This document shows, in pieces, positions 1 through 15,814 of a stretch of 64,000 bases of DNA. The stretch lies in the NCBI GenBank assembly GCA_965205165.1, contig OZ242037.1:1637520-1701519 (forward strand). Reading direction: 5' to 3'. The notes below the pieces were generated by a model. The model searched no databases, was not told the DNA's origin, and saw nothing but the letters and a program-made list of their open reading frames with translations. The stretch comes from Dehalococcoidia bacterium (GTDB lineage: Bacteria; Chloroflexota; Dehalococcoidia; Bin125). Positions within the stretch are counted from its first letter, which is position 1; each line of letters begins with the position of its first letter. The translations under genes were made by a program, and so were the position numbers.

Positions 1-1862
1 ATCCGTCCGGTGACATGGTGCTTGAGCCAGGAGGCGGCCGTGCGGGTCGCGTCGGCCGGAGCGTTGATGCCGGTGTCGTTGACCACCATGCGGTCGAACC
101 AAGCGACCGTCCTGGCCAGCGGCAGCACGGCCCGGTCGATCGCCCATTGGTAGGCCTCGTCGAAGTAGAACTTGTTCTCGACCAGCGACGCCAGCTGCGG
201 CTGCCGCTCGCGCACCGCCGCCGCCCGGCCCGCGTTGCGCCCCCAGAAGAACCACCACGCGGTGCCGAAGCCGAGCACCGAGATCAGCCCCGTCACGCCC
301 GCGATCACGTTGCTGAAGTGGAACTCCTCCGGCTCCGGGAAGTAGATGTAGGAGTTGATCCCGCCGGGGAAGCCGAACGCGTCGCCGACTTGGTCGAAGA
401 CGAAGAAGCCGACCAGGAAGGTCAGGATCGTGAGGAAGACCAGCGGAATCAGCATGATCGGGTCGGCCTCGCGGGCGCGGCGGATCACGGCCAGGACCTT
501 GGGCGGGCCGAAGAAGGTGATGATCACCAAGCGGGCCATGTAGAGCGCGGAGAGGAAGGCGGCGATGCCCAGCAGGATCGCGATGGCGATGTTGGCGTCG
601 CCCAGCACGGCGTGGAAAATCTCGTCCTTGCTGAAGAAGCCCGAGAGCGGCGGGATGCCCGCCAGCGCGATCGAGGAGACGATGAAGGTCGTCGCGGTGA
701 CCGGCATGCGCCACCAGAGCCCGCCCAGCCGGCGCGCATCCTGCTCCTCGGTCATGTGGATCACGGAGCCGGAGCCGAGGAAGAGGCAGGCCTTGAAGAA
801 GGCGTGCGTGAGCAGATGGAACATGGCGACGCCGACCGCGCCGACCCCCAAGGCGACGAACATGAAGCCCAGCTGGGAGACGGTCGAATAGGCCAGCACG
901 CGCTTGATGTCGTTCTGGGCGAGCGCCATCACGCCGGCCAAGAGCGCGGTGGCCAAGCCCGCGCCGAGCACCACGTTGGAGGCGCCGGGAGCGACCTCGA
1001 AGACGGGCAGCAGGCGGGCGACGAGGTAGACGCCGGCGACGACCATCGTCGCCGCGTGGATCAGCGCGCTGACCGGGGTCGGGCCCTCCATCGCGTCCGG
1101 CAGCCAGACATGGAACGGGACCTGCGCGCTCTTGCCGGCCGCGCCGAGGAAGAGCATCAGCGTCGAGAGCGTGAGGTAGCCGTCGGACATCACCTGCGGC
1201 AGATCGTTGACCCGCCCGGCCTCGGCCGCGGCGATGATCTCGGTGATCTGGAAGGAGCCGGTCGCGCGCCAGAACAGGATGATCCCGATGAACATCCCCA
1301 CGTCGCCGAAGCGGGTGGTGACGAACGCCTTCTTGGCCGCCTCCACCGCCGAGCGCTTCTCGTGGTAGAAGCCGATCAGCAGGAAGGAGCAGAGGCCCAC
1401 CCCCTCCCAAGCCACGAACATCAGCAGCAGGTTGTCGGCCAGAACCAGCGTCAGCATCGCCGAAACGAACAGCGAGAGCACGGCGAAGTACCACCAGTAG
1501 CGCGGCTCCGGCTTGCCGTGGTGCCGCATGTAGCCGGTCGAGTAGAGGTTGACCATCAGCGCCACGGTGGAGACGACGAAGATCATCACGATCGCGATCG
1601 AATCGACCGTGAAGCCGAGCCGGACGAGGAAGCCGTCGAAGCGGATCCAGTCGGTGCCGGTGTTGGCGATCCCGCCCAGCCCGGCGCCGAGGATGTCGAG
1701 GTGCGATTCCAGCACGAAGAAGAAGAGGATGAAGACGGCCAGCGCCGCGCCGACCGAGATGAAGTCGCCTCCGCGCGGCAGCTTGCGCCCGATCGTGAAC
1801 AGCACGATGAACGCGATCGCCGGGATCGCCGGCAGCACCCAGGCGTGTTCGGCCCAGTACAT
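1..1862 (-). CDS. nuoL: NADH-quinone oxidoreductase subunit L (3' end outside window)
   Basis: Minus-strand ATG at 1862 (MYWAEHAWVLPAIP...). Hand translation gives GAAGKSAQVPFHVWLPDAMEGPTPVSALIHAATMV and MFHLLTHAFFKACLFLGSGSVIH. Follows nuoK. Confidence 0.93.
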   Translation of the reverse strand, partial: MYWAEHAWVLPAIPAIAFIVLFTIGRKLPRGGDFISVGAALAVFILFFFVLESHLDILGAGLGGIANTGTDWIRFDGFLVRLGFTVDSIAIVMIFVVSTVALMVNLYSTGYMRHHGKPEPRYWWYFAVLSLFVSAMLTLVLADNLLLMFVAWEGVGLCSFLLIGFYHEKRSAVEAAKKAFVTTRFGDVGMFIGIILFWRATGSFQITEIIAAAEAGRVNDLPQVMSDGYLTLSTLMLFLGAAGKSAQVPFHVWLPDAMEGPTPVSALIHAATMVVAGVYLVARLLPVFEVAPGASNVVLGAGLATALLAGVMALAQNDIKRVLAYSTVSQLGFMFVALGVGAVGVAMFHLLTHAFFKACLFLGSGSVIHMTEEQDARRLGGLWWRMPVTATTFIVSSIALAGIPPLSGFFSKDEIFHAVLGDANIAIAILLGIAAFLSALYMARLVIITFFGPPKVLAVIRRAREADPIMLIPLVFLTILTFLVGFFVFDQVGDAFGFPGGINSYIYFPEPEEFHFSNVIAGVTGLISVLGFGTAWWFFWGRNAGRAAAVRERQPQLASLVENKFYFDEAYQWAIDRAVLPLARTVAWFDRMVVNDTGINAPADATRTAASWLKHHVTGR

Positions 1863-1914
1863 CAGGCGACCGCCTTCCGCCGGGCCGCCGGCCGGCCGCT
1901 GCCGATCATGCGCG

Positions 1915-2229
1915 TCACCATTTCAGCAAGTTCACTTCGTCGACGTTGGCCGTGGCCCGGTTGCGGAAGGTGCGGACCACGATCCCCAGCGCCAGCGCGA
2001 CCTCCGCCGCCGCGATCACGATGATGAAGAAGGCGAAGACGATGCCCGTGATGTTGCCGAACTCGACCCGCCCGTAGACCGCGAAGGCGACCAAGTTGAG
2101 CGAAACCGCGTTGAGCATCAGCTCGACGGAGAGCAGGATCAGCACCGCGTTGCGGCGCGTCAGCACCCCCATCGCGCCGATCGCGAAGAGAATCGCGTTG
2201 ACCACCAGGACATGTTCGAGCGGCGGCAT
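1915..2229 (-). CDS. nuoK: NADH-quinone oxidoreductase subunit K
   Basis: 104 aa with RRNAVLILLSVELMLNA and AAAEVALALGI motifs. Confidence 0.95.
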   Translation of the reverse strand: MPPLEHVLVVNAILFAIGAMGVLTRRNAVLILLSVELMLNAVSLNLVAFAVYGRVEFGNITGIVFAFFIIVIAAAEVALALGIVVRTFRNRATANVDEVNLLKW

Positions 2230-2232
2230 CGG

Positions 2233-2742
2233 CTAGGAATCCTCGTCCGGGCTGGCCAGCATGATCGCCCCGTCCAGCGCGATCGAGAGCAGCACCCCGA
2301 CCACGATGAAGGGCACGATCCAGACGGTGAAGATGACGTCTCCGATCTCGCGCAGGCCGACGGGCTGGACCACGCCGTTGGCCGGCTCGAACCAAGTGGT
2401 CGCGACGACCCCGCCGATCAGCGCGGCCAGCAGGGCCAGCGAAGCGATGATGCCGAGCGGGCGGGTCTTGCCGAACAGCGCCTGCGGACGCTCGCGGGCG
2501 CGGGTCAGCATCAGCGCGAAGAGGATCAGGATCACGACCGCCGAGCCGTAGACCAGCAGCTGCACCAGCGCGATGAACTCCACCGTGAGGATCAGGTAAA
2601 TGCCGGCCACGCCGGCCAGCGCGGCGATGAAGAAGAGCGCCGCGTAGACGATGTTGCCGGCGGTGACCACGCCGATCGCCGACAGCAGCATCACCACGGC
2701 GAGGATCCAGAAGACGACCTGGGTGGCGGTGACTCCGTCCAT
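2233..2742 (-). CDS. nuoJ: NADH-quinone oxidoreductase subunit J
   Basis: C-terminal part of ORF 2233..4104, from MDGVTATQVV. Contains EFIALVQLLVYGSAVVILILFALML. ATG overlaps the nuoH stop (TGATG). Confidence 0.93.
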   Translation of the reverse strand: MDGVTATQVVFWILAVVMLLSAIGVVTAGNIVYAALFFIAALAGVAGIYLILTVEFIALVQLLVYGSAVVILILFALMLTRARERPQALFGKTRPLGIIASLALLAALIGGVVATTWFEPANGVVQPVGLREIGDVIFTVWIVPFIVVGVLLSIALDGAIMLASPDEDS

Positions 2743-3965
2743 CAGTCCATCCCTCCCGCCGGCTCGATCACGGCCGCCTCCGGCGCGGTGATCACGCGCG
2801 GGCGGGCCGGCACGGAGGTGACGGTGCCCGCCGCCGCTCCCTGCTTGGAGCGCATCAGCGCGAAGACCAGCCCGAACAGCGCCAGCAGCAGCCCGAACGA
2901 GACCAAGCCGACGACCCAATCGCCGCCGCCGTAGGCCATGATGATCCCGTTGGCGATCACCTGGACGATCGCGAAGGGCAGCAGCACCTTCCACGAGAAC
3001 GACATCAGCTGGTCGATCCGCAGGCGCGGGAAGAACGCGCGCGAGGCGAACAGCAGGCCGATCATCGCCGACGTCTTGATCAGCGTCAGCACGATCTGCC
3101 AGCCGACCCCCACGGATTCGCCGAAGGGCCAGTTCCAGCCGCCCAGGAAGATGGTCGAGGTCAGCATCACCATCAGGAAGAGCGCGGTGTACTCGCCGAG
3201 GAAGAACATGCTCCAGCGGATGCCGGAGTACTCGACGAAGTAGCCGCCGACGACCTCGGATTCGGCGATCGGCATGTCGAAGGGCGGGCGGTGCAGCTCG
3301 GCCAGCGCCCCGATCAGGAAGATCGCGAAGCCGAGCGGCTGCAGCAGGATGTAGGGCGTCGTCTCCTGATCGCCCACGATCGAGTTGAGCGAGCCGGCCA
3401 GCGAGAAGTCGCCGTCCACGCCGATCCGCGAGGCGGCGACCATGACGACGCCGACCACCACGAGCAGCATCGGGATTTCGTAGGAGATCGCCTGAGCCGC
3501 GGCGCGCACCGCGCCGAGCAGCGCGTACTTGTTGTCCGAGCCCCAGCCGGCCATCACGACGCCGACGATGTTGAGCCCGAGCACGCCGAAGACGTAGAGC
3601 AGGCCGAGGTTGAGGTCGCGGATGAACCACGATTCGGTGAACGGGATCGGCACGAAGATCAGGAAGATCGGCACGAACGCGATGAACGGCGCCAGCTCGA
3701 AGGCCCAGCGGTCGGCCGTGGCCGGGCGCACGTCCTCCTTGGTCAGCAGCTTGAGCGCGTCGGCGATCGACTGGAGCATCCCGATCGGCCCGGTGCGGGT
3801 GGGGCCGACGCGGGCTTGGAAGCGGGCCAGCACCTTGCGCTCGAGGTAGATCAGCGCGAAGGCGTTGAGCGTCATCAGCCCGGTGATGATCACGATCCGG
3901 ATCAGCGCGTCCACCCAAGCGGGGAGGTTGATGCCGGCGAACTCGGTGAGGACCAGATCGGGCAT
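2742..3965 (-). CDS. nuoH: NADH-quinone oxidoreductase subunit H
   Basis: ERKVLARFQARVGP, ADALKLLTKED, PFDMPIAESEVVGGYFVEYSG, PRLRIDQLM. Confidence 0.96.
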   Translation of the reverse strand: MPDLVLTEFAGINLPAWVDALIRIVIITGLMTLNAFALIYLERKVLARFQARVGPTRTGPIGMLQSIADALKLLTKEDVRPATADRWAFELAPFIAFVPIFLIFVPIPFTESWFIRDLNLGLLYVFGVLGLNIVGVVMAGWGSDNKYALLGAVRAAAQAISYEIPMLLVVVGVVMVAASRIGVDGDFSLAGSLNSIVGDQETTPYILLQPLGFAIFLIGALAELHRPPFDMPIAESEVVGGYFVEYSGIRWSMFFLGEYTALFLMVMLTSTIFLGGWNWPFGESVGVGWQIVLTLIKTSAMIGLLFASRAFFPRLRIDQLMSFSWKVLLPFAIVQVIANGIIMAYGGGDWVVGLVSFGLLLALFGLVFALMRSKQGAAAGTVTSVPARPRVITAPEAAVIEPAGGMD

Positions 3966-3968
3966 GGC

Positions 3969-5132
3969 TCAGCGGTCCACTTCGCAGAGGACGATGTCGA
4001 TGGAGCCGAGCGCGACCACGGCGTCGGCCAGGTAGGTGCCCAGCACCTGCGGCTTGAGCGAGGAGAGGTTGTGGAAGCAGGGCGAGCGCATCTTCACCCG
4101 CCACGGCTTGTCGGTGCCGTCGGAGACCATGTAGATGCCGTACTCGCCGCGCGGGTTCTCCTGCCGCATGTAGATCTCGCCCGGCTCCGGCCGCAGCCGC
4201 GGCGGCAGCCGCTCCGGCAGGATCGGCCCCGATGTCGGCATCTGCTCCAGCGCCTGCCGCAGGATCGTGACCGACTGCTTCATCTCCTCCAGCCGCACCA
4301 GGTAGCGGTCGTAGACGTCGCCCCGCTCACCGACGGGAATCTCCCAGTAGAAGCGGTCGTAGATCGAGTAGGGCTCGTCGACGCGGAGGTCGAAGGGCAC
4401 GCCGGAGGCGCGCAGCATCGGCCCGGTCACGCCGTAGGAGATCGCCTCCTCCGCCGTGAGCACGCCGATATCGCGGCAGCGCGCCACGAAGACCTCATTG
4501 TTCGTCATCAGCTCGTCGACGTCCGAGATGCCCTGCTCGACCTGATCGAGCACCCAATGCGAATCCTCGACGAAGGTCTCGTGCGGCTCCCAGGCGAGGC
4601 CGCCGACGCGGAAGTAGTTGTACATGATGCGGTCGCCGCAGACCGCCTCGAAGAGGTCCTGGATGCGCTCGCGCTCCTTGAACGTCCAGGTGAAGGCGGT
4701 GCCGAAGTAGCCGACGTCGGTGCCGAACGCGCCCATGAACATGAAGTGGGACATGATCCGGTTGAACTCGGAGAGGATCAGGCGGACGTACTCGGCCCGT
4801 TCGGGCACCTCGATTCCGGCCAGCCGCTCGACCGCGTTGCAGTAGACCCATTCGGAGTTGAACGCGGCGAGGTAGTCGGTGCGGTCCTGGTAGCCCAGCG
4901 CGCCGCGGTAGTCGAGGTTCTCGGAGAGCTTCTCGCCGCCGCGGTGCATGTAGCCGATGTAGGGGATCGCGTCCTTGACGATCTCGCCGTCGACCGTCAG
5001 CACCATCCGGAAGACGCCGTGCGTGGCCGGGTGCTGGGGGCCGATGTTGATGTTCATGTCGACCGTCTCGAACTCGCGCTCGACGACGACGGGTTCGGTC
5101 AGGACTTCGCCCTCGAAGGTCTGGGTGGCCAT
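3969..5132 (-). CDS. nuoD: NADH-quinone oxidoreductase subunit D
   Basis: Starts MATQTFEG. Contains NIGPQHPATHGVFR and GYMHRGGEK; ends DIVLCEVDR. Confidence 0.96.
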   Translation of the reverse strand: MATQTFEGEVLTEPVVVEREFETVDMNINIGPQHPATHGVFRMVLTVDGEIVKDAIPYIGYMHRGGEKLSENLDYRGALGYQDRTDYLAAFNSEWVYCNAVERLAGIEVPERAEYVRLILSEFNRIMSHFMFMGAFGTDVGYFGTAFTWTFKERERIQDLFEAVCGDRIMYNYFRVGGLAWEPHETFVEDSHWVLDQVEQGISDVDELMTNNEVFVARCRDIGVLTAEEAISYGVTGPMLRASGVPFDLRVDEPYSIYDRFYWEIPVGERGDVYDRYLVRLEEMKQSVTILRQALEQMPTSGPILPERLPPRLRPEPGEIYMRQENPRGEYGIYMVSDGTDKPWRVKMRSPCFHNLSSLKPQVLGTYLADAVVALGSIDIVLCEVDR

Positions 5133-6091
5133 CAGCCGCCTCCTGCCAGCTGCTTGCGGCGGGCGGCGGCCAGCTCGCGGCCGAGGCGGACGCGCTCGGC
5201 CTGCGCGGCGGCGCGGCCTTCGGGGTCCTCCTCCGCATCGGGGATGGCGGGCAATTCGGGCGGCGTCGGGGCCGGCGGGCGATCCGCGGCCGGGCCCTTC
5301 GCTGCCGGCGCGGCTTCGGCCGCCGGGGCGGATGCCGCCGCGGGTACGGGCGGCGGGGCTGCGCCTTCCTTGCGGGGGCCGCCGGCCGGGGGCGCGCCGG
5401 CGGCGCGTTCGGCGCGGCGCTTGGCGGCGAGCTCGCGGGCGGCCTTGACCCGCTCCGCCTGCTCGGCCCGCCGCGCCTCGCGCTCCTCCTCGGTCAGCTC
5501 GGAATCGGGCTTGCGGGCCGGCCGCTCGGCGGCCTCCTCCGGCTCCTTCGCCTGCGGTCGCACCGGCTCCTCGGGCGGGAACTGCTTGGTGAAGAACTCG
5601 ACGTCGACGCCCTGCTCGATCTCGATCGGCGCGAGCGGGTGGCTCTTGCGCAGCGGGTGGATGTCGAGGTCCTCGTCGAGCAGCAAGTTGCGCGGGTCCG
5701 GGTGGCCGCGGAACGAAATGCCGAACATCTCGCTGCATTCGCGCTCGGCCCAATCGGCGATCGCGTAGAGGTCGGTGGCCGTGTCGACGACCGCGCCCTC
5801 GGCCGGCAGCTTGGCCTTGATCGTGGCGGCATGGCGGTGCTTGACCGAATAGAGGTGGTAGACGACCTCGAGCCCGTCATCGGCCCAATCGACGGCGGTC
5901 ATGTTGCGCAGCAGGTCCATCGCCGTGCGCGAATCGTCGCGGGCGCGCTGGAGCACCTCGTGCAGCTGCGCGGCCGGCACGGCGAGCACCGCGTCGCCGC
6001 CCTTGTCGACGGAGGCGTCGAATTCGACGAGCGGCAGGATCTCGCGGAAGAGGTCGGCGATCGGGCCGGCGTCGGCGCTCTGCGTCGTCAT
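5132..6091 (-). CDS. nuoC: NADH-quinone oxidoreductase subunit C with long Pro/Ala-rich C-terminal extension
   Basis: TAVDW...VVYHLYS, WAERECSEMFGISFRGHPDPRNLLL...HPLRK, then a low-complexity tail. Confidence 0.92.
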   Translation of the reverse strand: MTTQSADAGPIADLFREILPLVEFDASVDKGGDAVLAVPAAQLHEVLQRARDDSRTAMDLLRNMTAVDWADDGLEVVYHLYSVKHRHAATIKAKLPAEGAVVDTATDLYAIADWAERECSEMFGISFRGHPDPRNLLLDEDLDIHPLRKSHPLAPIEIEQGVDVEFFTKQFPPEEPVRPQAKEPEEAAERPARKPDSELTEEEREARRAEQAERVKAARELAAKRRAERAAGAPPAGGPRKEGAAPPPVPAAASAPAAEAAPAAKGPAADRPPAPTPPELPAIPDAEEDPEGRAAAQAERVRLGRELAAARRKQLAGGG

Positions 6092-6157
6092 GCGGCGGGC
6101 GCGGTCCGGCCCGCGGCTGCGGGGCCGATGTTGCCCGGGCGGGCGCTGCGGATCCGG

Positions 6158-6718
6158 CTAGTAGCCACGTGCGCGCTCCTCGACGATCTTCTCCTGGAGC
6201 GCGAGCAGCCCGTCGATCAGGGCCTCCGGGCGCGGCGGGCAGCCCGGCACGTAGACGTCGACCGGCACGATGTTGTCCACGCCCTGCAGCACGCGGTCGT
6301 ACTGCGTGTAGGGGCCGCCGTTGGTGGCGCAGGCGCCCATCGAGATCACCCACTTCGGATGCGGCATCTGCTCGTAGAGCAGCTTGACCGCCGGGGCCAT
6401 CTTCTTGGTCACCGTGCCGGCGACGATCATCACGTCCGACTGGCGCGGCGAGGGCCAGGGCACGATGCCGAAGCGGTCGAGGTCGTGGTTGGCCATGTAG
6501 GTCGCGATCATCTCGATCGCGCAGCAGGCGAGGCCGAAGGTCATCGGCCAGAGCGAGGACTTGCGGGCGGCCGAGATCAGCGCCTCGGCCGGGGCCTGCA
6601 TCACGCCCGGCAGCACCATCTTGTAGGGCACGTTCGGCGGCGCGTGGTCGATCGCGGTCAGCCGCAGCGACTCCGGCGAGATGATCTGCGTGCTGGCGTC
6701 GGGCGGCTGCGTGGTCAT
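6158..6718 (-). CDS. nuoB: NADH-quinone oxidoreductase subunit B
   Basis: [37 protein letters not shown]. Confidence 0.97.
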   Translation of the reverse strand: MTTQPPDASTQIISPESLRLTAIDHAPPNVPYKMVLPGVMQAPAEALISAARKSSLWPMTFGLACCAIEMIATYMANHDLDRFGIVPWPSPRQSDVMIVAGTVTKKMAPAVKLLYEQMPHPKWVISMGACATNGGPYTQYDRVLQGVDNIVPVDVYVPGCPPRPEALIDGLLALQEKIVEERARGY

Positions 6719-6719
6719 G

Positions 6720-7106
6720 TCAGTGCGTCTTCCACTCGAACACGCCCTTGCGCCAAGCGTAGGCCAGGGCGATCAGCAGGGTGGCGATGAATAGCACCAT
6801 CTGCCAGAGGATGACGGCGCCCATGTCGGCGTCGATCAGCCCGATGAAGGAGACGGCCCAGGGGAAGAGGAAGACGACCTCGACGTCGAAGACGAGGAAG
6901 AGCAGCGCGTAGGTGTAGTAGCGCACGTGGACCTGCGCCCAGTTGCGGCCGATCGGCAGCATGCCGCACTCGTAGACCTGCCCCTTGAGCGCGGTGCCGC
7001 GGCGCGGCGCCAGCAGCTTGGTCGCCAGCAGCGCGGTCAGCACGAGCATGACCCCGACCGGCACCGCGATCAGGACTGCGCCGTAGTTCTCGAAGAGTTC
7101 CGACAC
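6720..7106 (-). CDS. nuoA: NADH-quinone oxidoreductase subunit A
   Basis: YECG and [22 protein letters not shown] motifs; ends [11 protein letters not shown] start at 7106 inferred. Confidence 0.93.
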   Translation of the reverse strand: MSELFENYGAVLIAVPVGVMLVLTALLATKLLAPRRGTALKGQVYECGMLPIGRNWAQVHVRYYTYALLFLVFDVEVVFLFPWAVSFIGLIDADMGAVILWQMVLFIATLLIALAYAWRKGVFEWKTH

Positions 7107-7217
7107 GGTCGGCGTCCGCCTTCCCTGCGCGCGCGCCGCGCATGCGTGACGGCCGCGCCCCCGCCCGCGGGCGAGGCGCATTGGCGTGAGGATCGTAGTC
7201 GCGCCCAGCGATCAGGG

Positions 7218-7730
7218 TCAATCCGCCCGTTCCGATTCGAGCCCCAGCTCGTAGCGGTACTCGACCGTTTGGTTGACGTCGGCCAGCGCGCGCTGCCCGC
7301 TGCGGCGGAATCCGCGGCGCTCGTAGAGCCGGTGCGCATCCTCGAAGCGCGTGTCCGACCACAGGATCACGCGCGCCGCGCCGCCCGCCCGTGCCCAATC
7401 GACGCCGGTTTCGAGCAGCGCCCGCCCGTGCCCGCGGCCGCGCAGGTGCGCATCCAGGTAGAGCCGGTGCAGCTCCACCGCTCCTTCCTCGAGCCGCTCG
7501 GCGGCGATCGAGCCGACGACCGCGCCCGATGCGTCGCGGGCGGTCCAGATCGCGCCGCGGGGCGCGGCGTAGGGGAACTCGTCCCCGAGCAGGTCCCAGA
7601 ACTCGTCCTCGGGGTCCCAGATGAAGCCGTACTCGTCGAAGACGCGGTGGATCAGGTCGATCACGGCCGCGGCATCGCGCCGGCCGGCGGGGCGGATGTC
7701 GAGCGCGGCGGGGGCTTGCGGGTCGGTCAT
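7218..7730 (-). CDS. GNAT family N-acetyltransferase
   Basis: ELHRLYLDAHLRGRGHGRALL acetyl-CoA motif and AHRLYERRGF. ATG at 7730. Confidence 0.88.
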   Translation of the reverse strand: MTDPQAPAALDIRPAGRRDAAAVIDLIHRVFDEYGFIWDPEDEFWDLLGDEFPYAAPRGAIWTARDASGAVVGSIAAERLEEGAVELHRLYLDAHLRGRGHGRALLETGVDWARAGGAARVILWSDTRFEDAHRLYERRGFRRSGQRALADVNQTVEYRYELGLESERAD

Positions 7731-7801
7731 CGCGGCGTTCGGTCGGCGGCGGTTAGCCTGCGGGTGCAGCCAGAGCATCGCACCGCGGAGAGGAGCGCGC
7801 C

Positions 7802-8944
7802 ATGGGACCGCTCGAAGGCGTCCGGATCATCGAGTTCCAGGGGATCGGCCCCGGCCCGTTCTGCGGCATGATCCTGTCCGACATGGGCGCGGACATCGTG
7901 CGGATCGACCGCGCCTCGAACGTGCCGCAGCAGCCGCCCATCTCGCCGCCCGGCGATCTGCTGGCGCGCGGGCGCCGCTCGATCGGGATCGACCTGAAGA
8001 ACCCGGCCGGGGTGGAGACGGCGCTGAAGCTGATCGAGGGCGCGGACGCGCTGTTCGAGGGCTTCCGGCCGGGCGTGATGGAGCGGCTGGGGCTGGGCCC
8101 GGACGCCTGCCTGGAGCGGAACCCGAAGCTCGTCTACGGGCGGATGACCGGCTGGGGGCAGGAAGGGCCGTACTCGTCGATGGCGGGGCACGACATCAAC
8201 TACATCGCGCTGGCCGGCGCGCTCGCGCCGATCGCCCGCGAGGGGCAGGCGCCGGTACCGCCGCTGAACCTCGTCGGCGACTTCGGCGGCGGCGGCATGT
8301 ACCTCGCCGTGGGCATGCTCGGCGCCCTGATCTCCGCGCAGCGCACCGGCAAGGGCCAGGTCGTCGACGCGGCGATGGTCGACGGCGCCAGCTCGCTGAT
8401 CACCTCCGTCCATGCCGGCCTCGCCTCCGGCGGCTGGCACCGCGGGCGCGCCTCCAACGTGCTCGACACCGGCGCGCACTTCTACGACGCCTACGAAACG
8501 CTGGACGGCAAGTACATCGCGCTGGGTTCGATCGAGCCGCAGTTCTACGCCGAACTGCTGCAGCTGATCGGCTGGGAGGGCGAGCCGCTGCCGCACCAGC
8601 ACGACCGCTCGCGCTGGCCGGAGATGAAGCAGCGCGTGTCGGCGATGATCCGCACCAAGACGCGGGCCGAGTGGGAGGCCGTGTTCGAGGGCAGCGACGT
8701 CTGCTTCGGCCCCGTGCTGGAGCCGTGGGAAGCGCCGGAGCACCCGCACGCGAAGGCGCGCGGCGCGTTCGAGGAGGTCGCCGGCGTCGTCCAGCCCGCG
8801 CCCGCCCCGCGCTTCTCCGGCACCAAGAGCGAAATCCAAGGCCCGCCCGCCCATCCCGGCCAGCACACCGCCGAAATCCTCTGCGAGATCGGGATCGAGG
8901 ACGCGGAGGCCGATTCGCTCCGCGCCTGCGGAGCGGTGCGCTGA
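7802..8944 (+). CDS. CaiB/BaiF CoA-transferase family, alpha-methylacyl-CoA racemase-like
   Basis: GIGPGPFCGMILSDMGAD, EGFRPGVMERLGLGP, AGHDINY, DFGGGG. Confidence 0.92.
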   Translation: MGPLEGVRIIEFQGIGPGPFCGMILSDMGADIVRIDRASNVPQQPPISPPGDLLARGRRSIGIDLKNPAGVETALKLIEGADALFEGFRPGVMERLGLGPDACLERNPKLVYGRMTGWGQEGPYSSMAGHDINYIALAGALAPIAREGQAPVPPLNLVGDFGGGGMYLAVGMLGALISAQRTGKGQVVDAAMVDGASSLITSVHAGLASGGWHRGRASNVLDTGAHFYDAYETLDGKYIALGSIEPQFYAELLQLIGWEGEPLPHQHDRSRWPEMKQRVSAMIRTKTRAEWEAVFEGSDVCFGPVLEPWEAPEHPHAKARGAFEEVAGVVQPAPAPRFSGTKSEIQGPPAHPGQHTAEILCEIGIEDAEADSLRACGAVR

Positions 8945-8953
8945 TCGGGGGAT

Positions 8954-9205
8954 CTAGACCGGCGGCTCGCCCCAGGCGACTGCGGGCGGGCCGTCGCCGA
9001 TGCGGGACTCGACCCAGCTGATCACCGCGATCAGGATGTCCGCCTCGGCGATCGCCTCGTCCGCTTCGCGCAGCAACCGGTCGAGTTCGTCGGCCCGCTC
9101 CGCGTTGCCGCCGGCGCGAGCGGCGAGGTAGGCCTCGATCTCCCGCGCGAGATCACCTTCATCGGGCTCCTCGAAGTACTGGTCCCAGTAGCTGGTATCG
9201 ATCAT
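8954..9205 (-). CDS. hypothetical 83-aa acidic protein
   Basis: MIDTSYWDQYFEEPDEG... fills the gap below valS and has protein-like composition. Confidence 0.5.
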   Translation of the reverse strand: MIDTSYWDQYFEEPDEGDLAREIEAYLAARAGGNAERADELDRLLREADEAIAEADILIAVISWVESRIGDGPPAVAWGEPPV

Positions 9206-9309
9206 GCGGTGCCTCGTCCGTGGATAGTCGGCGGGCAGTGCCGCCCTTGCGCCCCCATTAGACCAGAGATCCGGCCAATGGGCCCATTTTCCGCTTGACG
9301 GGAACGGAG

Positions 9310-12114
<2,805 letters not shown>

Positions 12115-12179
12115 CTCCGGCGGCTGCGGGCGGGTTCGGCGCGGAATTCGGGCCCGGCCGGCGCGGAGGCCGGACGGGC

Positions 12180-13045
12180 CTAGCCTACGGCCACGACCAC
12201 CGCCTCAATCGCGTCGGCCGCGGGCCCGTCCTCCCCGCCGGACTCGCGCTCGCGCCGGCGGCGGGCGCGCCCGGCCTCCTCCAGCTCCTGCATCATCTGC
12301 AAGCCCCGCCGCGTGTCGCTCGCGACCCGGGCCGGATCCTGCCGCTCGACCCGCCGGCGGAACAGCCAGTAGGTGAACGCCTGCCATTCGATCTGCGCCA
12401 CCCGGTCCGAGTGGTCGCGCCCTTGCGCGTCGCGGAACTCCTCCAGCAGCGACGCCTCGTCCGCGCCGTAGATGCGCTGGTGCACGTCGCGGTCGGGGTC
12501 GCGCCGCCCGTGCGAGAAGCGCAGGCCGCCGGACTCCTTTTCGAGGTTCCGCTCGACCGCCAGCTGCAGCATCTGCTCGACCCGCACGCCGTACTCGAAG
12601 TTGAGGTAGGCCCAGTACTTGGCCGCGCCGAAGCGCTGCTGCAGCTCGTCGTCCGTGAGCGGCAGCGGGAACTGCCGCTGCCAGAGCAGCGCGTCCACTT
12701 CCGCCGCCGGCAGCAGCTCCGGCGCCGACTCGGCCAGCCGCTCGGCCAGCGCCAGCCAGTCGAACGCCTCGCCCGCGATCAGGTACTGGTACTCGCGCCC
12801 GTCCACCATCTCCCGCGGCGTCGTCCAGCGCGAGACCGCGTCCAGCAGGCAGTCGAACCAGTGCCGCCCGGAGCGCAGGTCCAGCTGGAACTGGAGCACG
12901 TGCGACTCCGAGTCGAGCGCGGCCGGCAGCAGCTCGCCGTGATCCAGTTCCCAGTCGTCCGGCTCCGCGCCGCTGCCGATGAAGCCGTCGTCCGGCGGCC
13001 GTTCGCCGGGAGCGGCGATCGGCGCCGCCGGTTCCGCCGCGCCGT

Positions 13046-13049
<4 letters not shown>
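12180..13049 (-). CDS. conserved hypothetical protein
   Basis: Starts MNGAAEP, overlapping the secA stop (ATGA). Contains [19 protein letters not shown] and FTYWLFRRR...ARVASDT; resembles a Dehalococcoidia-conserved family from memory, unverified. Confidence 0.8.

Positions 13050-15814
<2,765 letters not shown>

Noticed and set aside
1862-1909. 15-aa ORF (MIGSGRPAARRKAVA) coupled to the nuoL start
   Set aside because: Too short to support, and nuoL has its own GGAAGG RBS.
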